Assembly (NCBI GenBank): GCA_963711835.1
Contig: CAVQFQ010000019.1
Span: 1 to 64,000 of the forward strand
DNA length: 64,000 nt
Source: an uncultured delta proteobacterium
Lineage (GTDB): Bacteria; Desulfobacterota; RBG-13-43-22
Direction of reading: 5' to 3'
Shown: positions 54,697 through 64,000 of the stretch, piece by piece
Numbering within the stretch: position 1 is the stretch's first letter
Layout of the letters: the number at the start of each line of letters is the position of its first letter
Translations under genes and position numbers: made by a program
The notes under the pieces: model-generated
Seen by the model: only the letters and a program-made list of their open reading frames with translations
Told to the model about the DNA's origin: nothing
Databases searched by the model: none

Positions 54697-56097
54697 GTGA
54701 CAAATATGATCAGTTCAACTTTCTTTAAATCCCTGATCCAGGATGCGGTCTATGAACTGGAAAAGGTTTTCCCTTATGCCTCCGGGCTGGCCTTGGAAAC
54801 CTGGGGGGAGCGGCTGACCGTCCAGACCAGACAACAACAGGCCGAACCCCTGGATCCGTTCCGGGGCCTGGTCCTGACGGCCTTCAATGGCCGCAGCTTT
54901 CTGGAGACTGCCTCTCATAATCCAACCCCGGAAGGTCTCCAGGAGGCGGTAAAAAAACTCCAGGACCTAGGGAAAGACCGGGGGGTCTTCTATAACGGCC
55001 CGCCGGTCGATCCGGGGCCTAAAATGGAAAAGGATTTTTTCGTTCCCATTGAAAAATACCCTGAAGCCATACCTCTTCAGGAAAAGATCCAGGCCTGCCG
55101 GGATATCAAGGACCGGCTCCACGACCAAGATAAGCGGATTGTCCAGGCTACCTGCCAGTATGCGCATGTCCGGAACAGGGAACTGTTCATCAACAGGAAT
55201 AAGGTCCTTTTCCAGGATTTGCGGCGGACCCAGATGGTGGCCATGATTGTAATGAGGGAAAAAGATCAGTCCGTGACCCTGCACACCGGCCAGGCCCTTC
55301 AGGGAGGCTATGAAAAGGCCTTTATCCCGGAAACTAAACTGGCTCAACTGGTCAGGGATTGCGAAAAATTGCTTTTCGCCCCCCGTCTCCGCCCCGGGTA
55401 TTATGAGTGCATTTTCTCCCCGGATTTTTCAGGGATCTTTGCCCATGAGGCCTTCGGCCATGGCATGGAAACCGACATGTTTTTAAAAAAACGGGCCAGA
55501 GGTGAGGACTATCTGGGCAGGGCAGTGGCTTCCGAATTGGTCGATATGTTTGACTCCCCGGCCTTGCCGGGTCAGGCCGCTTCCTTCTATTTTGACCACG
55601 AAGGTGAACCGGCCAAAGAGACCCAGATTATTAAGAAGGGTATCCTGAAAAGGGGGCTGACCGATCTCAATTCGGCCCTGCGGCTGGGCTTGCCGCGTTC
55701 GGCCAACGGCCGCCGGGAATCTTTTGAACGAAAGGTCTATGCCCGGATGACCAATACCTATTTCGGGCCGGGAGAACAGACCTTGGATGAAATGCTGGCC
55801 TCCACCAACCAGGGTTTTTTCCTGGATCATCCCTCCAATGGAATGGAAGATCCTAAGGGCTGGGGAATCCAACTGGAAGGCTATTATGCCGAGGAGATCC
55901 GGGAAGGAAATTTGACCGGAAACATCTTCAGCCCGGTCATCATCACCGGATATGTCCCGGATCTGCTCCGGTCCATCTCCATGGTTGGAAATACCCTGGA
56001 GATCAGTGGTCTGGGGATGTGCGGTAAAGGGCACAAGGAATGGGTCAAGGTGACCGACGGGGGGCCTTATCTGAAGCTTCGGGCCAGACTGGCCTAA
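54697..56097 (+). CDS. tldD: TldD-family metalloprotease
   Basis: HEAFGH, NGRRES, RMTNTY and GMCGK..V.DGGP. Confidence 0.9.
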   Translation: MTNMISSTFFKSLIQDAVYELEKVFPYASGLALETWGERLTVQTRQQQAEPLDPFRGLVLTAFNGRSFLETASHNPTPEGLQEAVKKLQDLGKDRGVFYNGPPVDPGPKMEKDFFVPIEKYPEAIPLQEKIQACRDIKDRLHDQDKRIVQATCQYAHVRNRELFINRNKVLFQDLRRTQMVAMIVMREKDQSVTLHTGQALQGGYEKAFIPETKLAQLVRDCEKLLFAPRLRPGYYECIFSPDFSGIFAHEAFGHGMETDMFLKKRARGEDYLGRAVASELVDMFDSPALPGQAASFYFDHEGEPAKETQIIKKGILKRGLTDLNSALRLGLPRSANGRRESFERKVYARMTNTYFGPGEQTLDEMLASTNQGFFLDHPSNGMEDPKGWGIQLEGYYAEEIREGNLTGNIFSPVIITGYVPDLLRSISMVGNTLEISGLGMCGKGHKEWVKVTDGGPYLKLRARLA

Positions 56098-56178
56098 ACC
56101 CGCCAAGCGGTCTGCGGTGATAGCCGGCAAAAACCTTTTCCGACTTGTTCGGGGTGGAGGGGTCTGCAGGGAAGGATC

Positions 56179-57474
56179 ATGGATATCAAACAAATTCGGA
56201 AAGAAATAGAAAAGCTAACCGGCTTGTCGGCCTGGGAGATTCGCCGGCATCGGAAAAAAAGCCTTCAGCGGTATTTGATCTTCGACCAAATGGAAGCCCA
56301 ACGGCAGGTGGAAACCGAAAAATTCGGGGTGAGTCTTTATACGATTCGCAATCAAGAGGGCTTAAAGGTACTCGGGGAATCTTCTCTGGTCCTATCGGAA
56401 GGAGATGATATTCGTGAACGGATCCGTACGGCCTTTGAGATGGCCGGACTGATTGCCAACCCTGTTTTTGCCCTTCCGGGAAAAGGGCTGATCTATGAAG
56501 AGGTCGGGATCCGGGACCCGGACCTGAGAGACCATCCCTTATCCTATCTGGATCAAATCCAGGAGGACCTGGTTGCCGCTCCCCTGCCGGGGGTAAAAAG
56601 AAGCTCGGCCGAGATCTATATTGAAGAAAAGGAATTTTTTCTAGTAAATTCCAACGGCCTGGAAAGGGGCGAGACTTCTTCCGAGATCCTGGTGGAATTT
56701 GTTCTACTGGCCGAAAAAGGGGCGCTCTTAGAGGGGGAAAGCCAGGCCACCCGACGGGCCCGATTCTATAAGGATCTCCATCTGACCGAAACCCTGGAAG
56801 ACTATGCCCGCTTTGCCCGGGAAGCCCAGAAGGCCGGCCTTCCGAAAAGCGGGACGTATCCGGTGGTTTTTTCCGGAGAGGCCCTGGATACCTTGTTCAA
56901 CTTTTTTGTCCTGCAGAGCTCAGGACCGGCCGGTTTTCAAAACTGGTCCCAGTTTCATTTGGAGCAAGCGGTTATTCAAGAGATAACCGGAGAGCCCTTG
57001 ACCTTGTTCAGCAACCCGGCTTTTTCCTGGGGATTAAGGAGCCGGTCTCTTGACGAGAACGGGCTGCCCTTGCAGCGGGTTGAGGTTATTCGGGAGAATA
57101 TCTTTAAGAAGAGGATGAATAACAAACGGTATGCGGATTATCTTCAGGAACAACCTACCGGAGACTTCTCCAATATCGAGGTAAAAAGCGGGGCTCAATC
57201 GGAAGGGGCCCTGCTGTCAGGGTCCCCTTGTTATTATCTGTTCCGGTTTTCCACCTTTGAACCGAATCCCATTACCGGGGCCTTCTCCGGAGAGATCCGG
57301 ACCGGGTATTTGATCCGGGATGGTCAGCGACAGCCGGTTAAAGGCGGTTCTGTTTCCGGACGCATGCAGGAAGCCTTCCGGAGGGCCTTTTTTTCTAAAG
57401 AGAGCACCCAAAGGGAAGCCTATTTCGGCCCGGCCGCGGTGCGGATTGAGAAGTTAGAAATAGCGGGGGAATGA
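56179..57474 (+). CDS. PmbA/TldE-like partner protein
   Basis: Adjacent to tldD, lacks HExxxH; DENG.P, TGAFSGEI and PVKGGSVSG. Confidence 0.75.
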   Translation: MDIKQIRKEIEKLTGLSAWEIRRHRKKSLQRYLIFDQMEAQRQVETEKFGVSLYTIRNQEGLKVLGESSLVLSEGDDIRERIRTAFEMAGLIANPVFALPGKGLIYEEVGIRDPDLRDHPLSYLDQIQEDLVAAPLPGVKRSSAEIYIEEKEFFLVNSNGLERGETSSEILVEFVLLAEKGALLEGESQATRRARFYKDLHLTETLEDYARFAREAQKAGLPKSGTYPVVFSGEALDTLFNFFVLQSSGPAGFQNWSQFHLEQAVIQEITGEPLTLFSNPAFSWGLRSRSLDENGLPLQRVEVIRENIFKKRMNNKRYADYLQEQPTGDFSNIEVKSGAQSEGALLSGSPCYYLFRFSTFEPNPITGAFSGEIRTGYLIRDGQRQPVKGGSVSGRMQEAFRRAFFSKESTQREAYFGPAAVRIEKLEIAGE

Positions 57475-57489
57475 AAAAATATGTGTTAA

Positions 57490-57580
57490 AGGGGTCAAGG
57501 ATCAAGGGGTCGAGGGTTCGAGTGAAAAACACTAAAAAGTAAAATGGCCTTTCCTGGAACCCTGGAATCCCCGGTCCCTG
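57490..57580. repeat. Intergenic inverted 8-mer repeat cluster
   Basis: GGGGTCAAGGATCAAGGGGTCGAGGGTTCGAGTGAAA ... TGGAACCCTGGAATCCCCGGTCCC; same style as 41288..41380. Confidence 0.55.
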
Positions 57581-57622
57581 TTGGTCACTATTATTTTCAA
57601 ACTGTTAATAAAGGGAGGCAGC

Positions 57623-58105
57623 ATGGAATTACTTATTCAAAAACTGGAAATTCCGGAGGGGGCCAATGTTATTTTCGGCCAGTCGCATTTTGTCAAAACC
57701 GTAGAAGACCTGTACGAGATCCTGGTCGGATCCGTGCCGGGAATAAAGTTTGGGCTGGCCTTCAGCGAGGCCTCCGGACATTGCCATATCCGAAGCGTCG
57801 GGAATGATCCGGATCTGGAGGCGGCCGCTATTCGGAATACCCAAAACCTTCAAGCCGGCCATACCTTCAATATCCTGATGAGGCAGGGCTTTCCCATCAA
57901 TGTGCTCAATGCCGTCAAGAATTGCCAGGAAGTCTGTACGATATTCTGCGCCACGGCCAACCCTGTGGAAGTCATCCTGGCCCGGACCGAACAGGGCTGC
58001 GGGGTCTTAGGGGTCATTGACGGATCATCCCCCAAGGGTCTGGAAGGGGAGGAGGGCAAGGCTTGGCGGAAGGATCTCCTGCGAAAATTCGGTTATAAGC
58101 TTTAA
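57623..58105 (+). CDS. DUF355 / adenosine-specific kinase-like protein
   Basis: NVIFGQSHF.KTVEDL, FGLAFSEASG, FPINVLN, CATANP and GVIDG. Confidence 0.85.
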   Translation: MELLIQKLEIPEGANVIFGQSHFVKTVEDLYEILVGSVPGIKFGLAFSEASGHCHIRSVGNDPDLEAAAIRNTQNLQAGHTFNILMRQGFPINVLNAVKNCQEVCTIFCATANPVEVILARTEQGCGVLGVIDGSSPKGLEGEEGKAWRKDLLRKFGYKL

Positions 58106-58115
58106 AGGGGGAAGT

Positions 58116-58460
58116 ATGGTCAGGTCTCGACTCTGGCTGCAGTGTGCGGCCATGCACGACCCGGTTTCGCCGGTTTTAGTGCAACCGGCCATTATCGGTT
58201 GGGAGGCGAAAAAACGATCCATCAGTTTGACCATCGAGAGGCCCTTTAAAGGAGAGGAACTTCTGATGCGCATGAAGGGCTGGGTGACCGCGGATCCCAA
58301 GGAGGTCCTGGGCCTGATTAAACCGGAAGGATTTTTAAAGGTCTATGATCAAGGCCAACTGGTGGTGGAAGCGGATTCCGAAAACCTGTTGGATCAGATC
58401 CAACAGCGATTGGCGGCCCGTTTCGGGGATCGGGTTTTTTTAGAGCCGATGCCCGATTGA
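58116..58460 (+). CDS. Hypothetical protein
   Basis: 114-aa ORF filling the operon gap, with a GGGGG RBS-like sequence. Confidence 0.65.
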   Translation: MVRSRLWLQCAAMHDPVSPVLVQPAIIGWEAKKRSISLTIERPFKGEELLMRMKGWVTADPKEVLGLIKPEGFLKVYDQGQLVVEADSENLLDQIQQRLAARFGDRVFLEPMPD

Positions 58461-58479
58461 TTTTGGAGATTTAAATTAA

Positions 58480-59388
58480 ATGGTTCATCCGGAAGAACGA
58501 AGATTAGTGGTGCCGGCCTTTCTCAGAAAAGGAGATACCATCGGGATCATTACACCGGCCAGTCCCTATGACTCAGGACTCTTGATGGAGGGTCAAAAGA
58601 TCTTGAGGCATTGGGGATTTCAGGTCCGCTTAGGCAGGGCGGGATTCCGTAAGAAACATTACCTGGCCGGGAGCGACAGGGAACGGGCGGAGGAACTGAC
58701 CGAGTTTTTCCTTGACCCGGAGATCAAGGCCGTCATCTGCTCCCGGGGGGGGTACGGGACCCTGAGGCTCCTGGAGCACTTGGATTTTAAAAGACTGGCC
58801 CAGGCCCCCAAGATTTTCATGGGCTTCAGCGATATTACGGTCTTGCTGCTGGCCTTCTGGCAGAAAACCCGGCTGATGACCTTTCATGGCCCGATGGTCA
58901 CCACGCTGAAGCGTGTCAAAACCCCGGTCTTAAACCGGGTCAGGGAGACCTTGGAAGGTAATTTTCAGGTCACGATTCAACTCCCTCAGCGGGGCTGCCT
59001 TCATCCGGGCCAAGGAAGCGGCTTTCTTTTAGGCGGGAATCTCACTCTCTTGACCCATTTGATCGGGACCCCTTTCGAACCGCAGTGGGATCAGGCCGTC
59101 CTATTTCTTGAAGATGAAGGCGAAGACCTTTATCGTTTGGACCGTCTCTTCATGCACCTGCGTTTAAGCGGTGTTTTAGGTAGAATCTCCGCGCTGCTCT
59201 TGGGCCGGTTTGTGCCCGAGGAACGGAAATCCCAATTCCTGAAGATGATCAGGGAAGTCCTGGGCGATCCGGATATCCCGGTCTGGAGCGGTATGCCTGT
59301 CGGCCATGGCGATCAGAATATCCCCTTGCCCATAGGTGCTCCGGCCTTTTTTGACGGGGAAGCCGGTCTCCTTACCATTCCATTGTAG
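58480..59388 (+). CDS. LD-carboxypeptidase (peptidase S66)
   Basis: RGGYG, GFSDIT, HGPM, GGNL, LED.GE and GH. Confidence 0.92.
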   Translation: MVHPEERRLVVPAFLRKGDTIGIITPASPYDSGLLMEGQKILRHWGFQVRLGRAGFRKKHYLAGSDRERAEELTEFFLDPEIKAVICSRGGYGTLRLLEHLDFKRLAQAPKIFMGFSDITVLLLAFWQKTRLMTFHGPMVTTLKRVKTPVLNRVRETLEGNFQVTIQLPQRGCLHPGQGSGFLLGGNLTLLTHLIGTPFEPQWDQAVLFLEDEGEDLYRLDRLFMHLRLSGVLGRISALLLGRFVPEERKSQFLKMIREVLGDPDIPVWSGMPVGHGDQNIPLPIGAPAFFDGEAGLLTIPL

Positions 59389-59394
59389 TCCCGC

Positions 59395-60501
59395 ATGTCC
59401 TTTTCCCCAAAAATTGACGAACTCATGAAGCAGGGGGTGGTGGAAGGGGTTTTCCCCGGCGCGGTTATATTGGCGGCTCTGGGCGAAAAGATCCTGATCC
59501 ATCAGGCCTATGGGTATGCCGTCCTGAATCCTCAAAAAGAACCGGCGCATCTTTCCACGGTCTATGACCTGGCTTCACTGACCAAACCCCTGGCCACCAG
59601 CTTGGCCGTTATGGCCCTGATCCAGGAAGGGAAATTAAGGCTGGATCAAACCCTGTCTTCTCTGGGGCAAGGATTTATTTTTCCCGGGAAGGAAGCTATC
59701 ACCGTCCGTCAACTCCTGGCTCATTCCTCAGGATTCCCGGCCTACCGGCCCTATTACATCCCTTATTCTCCGGAACAAACCATTGACAAAGGCCGATTGA
59801 GAAGCCAGGTCGGCCAGGAAGCCCTGAGTTACCCGCCGGGTTGCGGAACCCTTTATAGCGATTTGGGATTTATTATCCTGGAAGGGATCATCGAGGAACT
59901 TTCCGGACAAGATTTGGACCTCTGGACCCGGGAGAACCTCTATAAACCCTTGGGCCTGGCCCGGTTAGGCTTTCGACCCAGGATGGGGGCGGTGGCGGTC
60001 GAATCGGAAGCCTATGCGGCTACAGAATATTGTTCCTGGCGAAAGAAAATTATTCGGGGTGAGGTTCATGATGAAAACAGCTTTGTCGTCGGGGGGATTT
60101 CCGGGCAGGCCGGACTTTTCGGCCGGGCCATAGACGTCTTTCACATCCTGAGGAGCTTGAAAAAGGTCTATGACGACCCCACAGACTCCGGGTTGTTTGA
60201 GGGACCTTTAGTCCGGGCTTTCTGGCAAAAACAGGAAGAACCGCTTGGAACGACCAGGGCCCTGGGTTTCGATACTCCGGCCGAGCGGGAATCCAGTGCC
60301 GGTCGTTATTTTTCACGCCGAAGCATCGGACATCTGGGATTTACCGGGACCTCTTTCTGGCTGGATTTGGAGACGGATCTGATGGTGGTCCTGTTATCCA
60401 ATCGCATCCATCCCTCCCGGACCAATGAAAAGATCAAACTCTTCCGTCCTCTGATCCATGATCTTATTTTTACTGAAGTTTTTCAGCGTGAAAAACTTTG
60501 A
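59395..60501 (+). CDS. Serine hydrolase, beta-lactamase class C-like family
   Basis: DLASLTK (SxxK), LLAHSSG, YSDLGF, GEVHDEN and GHLGFTGTS. Confidence 0.9.
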   Translation: MSFSPKIDELMKQGVVEGVFPGAVILAALGEKILIHQAYGYAVLNPQKEPAHLSTVYDLASLTKPLATSLAVMALIQEGKLRLDQTLSSLGQGFIFPGKEAITVRQLLAHSSGFPAYRPYYIPYSPEQTIDKGRLRSQVGQEALSYPPGCGTLYSDLGFIILEGIIEELSGQDLDLWTRENLYKPLGLARLGFRPRMGAVAVESEAYAATEYCSWRKKIIRGEVHDENSFVVGGISGQAGLFGRAIDVFHILRSLKKVYDDPTDSGLFEGPLVRAFWQKQEEPLGTTRALGFDTPAERESSAGRYFSRRSIGHLGFTGTSFWLDLETDLMVVLLSNRIHPSRTNEKIKLFRPLIHDLIFTEVFQREKL

Positions 60502-60646
60502 CTTCCTTTTCTCTTTACGATATTAATAATAATTTTTAGCCGTAAGGTCCTACAGAAGGGTTCTGACGATTTCGCTGGACCCTGGTTATATACCCAGCCG
60601 GACAGAGGATGAAGCAGGAGTTCATTAACTCACGGAGGTTAAGGAC

Positions 60647-61822
60647 ATGGAAGAATTCAGGCGCATGACCCGCCTTCCCCCCTATGTTTTTGCGACGGTC
60701 AATGCCTTAAAAATGGATCTTCGCCGCCAGGGAGAGGACGTGGTGGATCTGGGTATGGGAAATCCGGACCTGGGTACTCCCAAACATATTGTGGACAAAC
60801 TGCGCGAGGCGGCCCTAAAATCTCCTAACCATCGCTATTCGGCCTCCCGGGGGATCACCCGGCTTCGATCCGCCATCTCCGATTGGTACCGGCGGCGCTT
60901 CCAGGTGGAATTGGATCCGGAATCAGAAACCATCGTAACCATAGGGGCCAAGGAAGGCATCTCCCATCTGGTTTTGGCCACCACCAGCCCGGGGGATGTG
61001 GTTTTTGCTCCAAATCCCACCTACCCGATCCATCCTTTTTCGGTTATCATCGCCGGCGGGGATTTGAGGAGTATTCCCTTGAGCCAGGATCGCGATTTTT
61101 TTGAGGACCTGCTCATTGCGACCAAACAGACCTGGCCCAGCCCCAAGATGCTGATCATTTCTTTTCCCCACAACCCGACGACCATGGTCGTTGATCTGGG
61201 ATTCTTTAAAAAAATCGTTGAGTTTGCCAGGGAACATACCATGATAGTTATTCATGATTTTGCCTATGCCGACCTGGTTTTTGACGGCTATAAAGCACCC
61301 AGTTTTCTACAGATTCCCGGGGCTAAAGAGGTTGGGGTGGAATTGTTTTCCCTTTCAAAAAGCTACAGCATGGCCGGCTGGCGGGTGGGGTTCGCCGTGG
61401 GCAATCCCCAATTGATTCACGCCCTGACCCGGATTAAGAGCTATCTGGATTACGGGGTCTTTCAGCCGATCCAGATTGCCTCCATTATTGCCCTGAACGG
61501 ACCCCAGGAGTGCGTTCAGGATATCGTTGATACCTACAAGGAAAGAAGAGATACCCTGATCAGAGGGCTGAATAGGATAGGCTGGAAGGTCGAAAAACCC
61601 AAGGGCACCATGTTTGTCTGGGCCAAGATTCCCGAGCCTTTCCGGAAGATGGGATCAGTTGAATTTTCCAAGTTTCTGATCCGGGAAGGGAAGGTGGCCG
61701 TTTCCCCGGGGCGGGGGTTTGGGGAGTACGGCGATGAGCATGTCCGGTTTGCTTTAGTGGAGAACTCCCATCGCATTAAGCAGGCCGTCCGCGGGATCAA
61801 AAAAGCTTTGAGCAAAGGCTGA
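60647..61822 (+). CDS. Class I/II PLP aminotransferase (AlaC-like)
   Basis: [26 protein letters not shown] and [14 protein letters not shown]. Confidence 0.9.
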   Translation: MEEFRRMTRLPPYVFATVNALKMDLRRQGEDVVDLGMGNPDLGTPKHIVDKLREAALKSPNHRYSASRGITRLRSAISDWYRRRFQVELDPESETIVTIGAKEGISHLVLATTSPGDVVFAPNPTYPIHPFSVIIAGGDLRSIPLSQDRDFFEDLLIATKQTWPSPKMLIISFPHNPTTMVVDLGFFKKIVEFAREHTMIVIHDFAYADLVFDGYKAPSFLQIPGAKEVGVELFSLSKSYSMAGWRVGFAVGNPQLIHALTRIKSYLDYGVFQPIQIASIIALNGPQECVQDIVDTYKERRDTLIRGLNRIGWKVEKPKGTMFVWAKIPEPFRKMGSVEFSKFLIREGKVAVSPGRGFGEYGDEHVRFALVENSHRIKQAVRGIKKALSKG

Positions 61823-61853
61823 TCCGCAGGATCGGGCTGACTGAGAGGCCGAT

Positions 61854-63164
61854 ATGAAAGAGATACAGGTAGGTTTGATTGGGTTGGGGACGGTCGGGAC
61901 CGGGGTGGCCAAGATCCTTTTCGAAAAGGCGGAACACCTGCAGGCCATGGTCGGCCTTCCCCTGCGCTTAAAAAAAATCGCCGACCTTGATCTTGAGAAG
62001 GACCGGGGCCTGCCGATCCCCCAGGGAATACTGACCGACCGGGCCCAGGCTATTTTGGACGACCCGGATATCTCCATTGTAATCGAATTGATCGGAGGTC
62101 TGGAGCCGGCCGGGGCCTTTATCTTAGCGGCCCTGAAAAAAGGGAAACATGTGGTGACGGCCAACAAGGCCCTGCTGGCCCAAAAAGGGGACGAAATTTT
62201 TGAAGAGGCTGTTAGGAGCCGGGCCGATGTCGGCTTTGAAGCCAGCGTCTGCGGGGGCATACCGGTTATTCTGGCCTTGAAGCAGGGACTCGTGGCCAAC
62301 GAAATCGAATCCATCCACGGCATTGTCAACGGCACATCCAATTATATTCTGACCCAGATGACCGAGGCCGGCCTGCCTTATGAAGAGGCCTTAAAGGAAG
62401 CCCAGGCCAAGGGTTATGCCGAGGCGGATCCAACCCTGGATGTTGAAGGATGGGACACCTTCCACAAGTTGGCCATACTGATGCACCTGGCCTATGGTGC
62501 TCCCTTGGGGAAAGAGCCTATCTTCGTCGAGGGCATCACCGGCATTACTCCATTGGATATCACCTATGCCCGGGAATTCGGCTATCGCATCAAACTGCTG
62601 GCCGTTTGCCGCCAGGACGGCAATTTCCTGGAAGCCAGGGTCCATCCGGCCATGATTCCATCCGGCCATATGCTGGCCAATGTTCAGGGGGCTTACAATG
62701 CCCTTTATATCCACGGGGACTCGGCGGGGGATATCTTGCTCTACGGCCAAGGGGCCGGGATGATGCCTACCGCCAGTGCCGTAGTCAGTGACCTGGTCGA
62801 GATTGGTCGCAACCTGGCCAACGGGATCGCCCGGAGGATCCCTCCGGCTTTGTCGGCCCGGGGATTTCAGAAAAAGGGCCTGGCCCTGAAGCCTTTTTCT
62901 GAGGTGGTGGCCCGGTATTATATTCGGTTTTCCGCTTTGGATAGTCCCGGCGTTCTCTCTTCGATTTCCGGCATCTTGGGCTCCCATCGCATCAGTATTG
63001 CCTCGGTCATTCAAAAAGGCCGGGGAATAAGCAGTTCGGTTCCCATTGTTATGATGAGCCACGAGGCCAAAGAGTCGGATGTCCAGGAAGCCATCAAAGA
63101 AATCGACCGGCTGCCGGTCATTACCAGCCGAACCGTCATTATTCGGGTGGAAGCGCCGGAATAA
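61854..63164 (+). CDS. hom: Homoserine dehydrogenase with ACT domain
   Basis: GLGTVG, VVTANKA, FEASVCGGIP, NGTSNYIL and GYAEADPT.DVEG.D. Confidence 0.97.
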   Translation: MKEIQVGLIGLGTVGTGVAKILFEKAEHLQAMVGLPLRLKKIADLDLEKDRGLPIPQGILTDRAQAILDDPDISIVIELIGGLEPAGAFILAALKKGKHVVTANKALLAQKGDEIFEEAVRSRADVGFEASVCGGIPVILALKQGLVANEIESIHGIVNGTSNYILTQMTEAGLPYEEALKEAQAKGYAEADPTLDVEGWDTFHKLAILMHLAYGAPLGKEPIFVEGITGITPLDITYAREFGYRIKLLAVCRQDGNFLEARVHPAMIPSGHMLANVQGAYNALYIHGDSAGDILLYGQGAGMMPTASAVVSDLVEIGRNLANGIARRIPPALSARGFQKKGLALKPFSEVVARYYIRFSALDSPGVLSSISGILGSHRISIASVIQKGRGISSSVPIVMMSHEAKESDVQEAIKEIDRLPVITSRTVIIRVEAPE

Positions 63165-63179
63165 AAAATCAGGGCTGAC

Positions 63180-64000
63180 ATGGCGCGAAAATATATCATT
63201 CTGGTTGGAGATGGGATGGGGGATTATCCCCAGGAAGCCCTGGGAGGGAAGACGCCTTTGGAAGCGGCTTACACGCCGCATATGGACGCCATTGCCTCAA
63301 AGGGGATTATGGGCTGGGTGCAGACTATTCCGCCCGAGTGCGAACCGGGCAGCGACATTGCCAATCTCTCCATCTTGGGTTATGACCCTCTCCAGTATCA
63401 CCGGGGCCGGGCCCCCTTTGAGGCCCTCAGTATGGGCCTCTCTTTGAAAGACCATGAGGTGGCTTTCCGCTGCAATCTGGTTTTTCTGGATCATTCGGAG
63501 AAAGGGCCCATTACCATGGGCTCTTACAGTGCCGGCCATATTTCGACGGAAGAGGCTAAGTCCATCATCACGGATTTGAACGTCTTTTTCCAGGGAGGCC
63601 CGGTATCTTTTTACCCGGGTGTCGGTTATCGCCATATTGTCATCTGGGAAGGAGCGGATCCGGCCATTAAGACCCTGCCGCCCCACGACCTGACCGGCCA
63701 GAAGGTTACCGAGTATCTTCAGGCCGAAGGACCCCTGGCTCCTGTGGTTACGCTTATGCGCCGGTCCTGGCCTTTTCTAAAGGACCACCCCATCAATAAG
63801 GCCAGGAAAGAAAGGGGACTTCTCCCGGCCAATTCGATCTGGTTGTGGGGGCAGGGCTGCCGTCCCAGGATGCCTCTGTTCCCGGACCGCTTCGGCATCC
63901 GGGGAGGCATGATCTCGGCCGTGGATTTGTTAAAAGGGTTGGGCCTGGCAGCCGGGTTGGAATCCTTGCCGGTTCCGGGGATAACCGGTTACCTGGATAC
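63180..64000 (+). CDS. apgM: Cofactor-independent phosphoglycerate mutase, ApgM type (runs off the window end)
   Basis: Read directly from the sequence: MARKYIILVGDGMGDYPQEALGGKTPLEAAYTPHMD..PGSDIANLSILGYDP..GRAPFEA..FRCNL..PPHD..ANSIWLWGQG. Confidence 0.9.
   Translation, partial: MARKYIILVGDGMGDYPQEALGGKTPLEAAYTPHMDAIASKGIMGWVQTIPPECEPGSDIANLSILGYDPLQYHRGRAPFEALSMGLSLKDHEVAFRCNLVFLDHSEKGPITMGSYSAGHISTEEAKSIITDLNVFFQGGPVSFYPGVGYRHIVIWEGADPAIKTLPPHDLTGQKVTEYLQAEGPLAPVVTLMRRSWPFLKDHPINKARKERGLLPANSIWLWGQGCRPRMPLFPDRFGIRGGMISAVDLLKGLGLAAGLESLPVPGITGYLD

Overview
Bacterial window, most likely a Desulfobacterota/deltaproteobacterial anaerobe (inferred from gene content and protein styles). The right part (~23.5-64 kb) is mostly intact backbone: a 1373-aa selenocysteine-containing formate dehydrogenase fusion with SECIS, a sigma54-preceded GcvH-like protein, pyrF, ligA, thrS-infC-rpmI-rplT-pheST-merR, uvrC, tatBC, hrcA-grpE-dnaK, cysE, tldD/pmbA, an aminotransferase-hom-apgM block. 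The left part (1-23.4 kb) is an accessory patchwork with many frameshifted or truncated genes: CSLREA surface protein, acyl-CoA enzymes, DUF169 proteins, a TRAP transporter, an AbiEi fragment and a MacAB-TolC-like efflux system. The most unusual signal is a family of ~280-bp co-oriented elements (3 full, 1 partial) between unrelated genes. Each has ~22-26-bp inverted ends, and its interior reads as the N-terminus of a REP-associated tyrosine (HUH/Y1) transposase joined in frame to that protein's C-terminal HTH, with the same junction in every copy. A second ~215-bp family (2 copies) has GGGAC...GTCCC ends whose arms co-vary. I saw no rRNA, tRNA or CRISPR array. All family assignments are by motif recognition, not database search.
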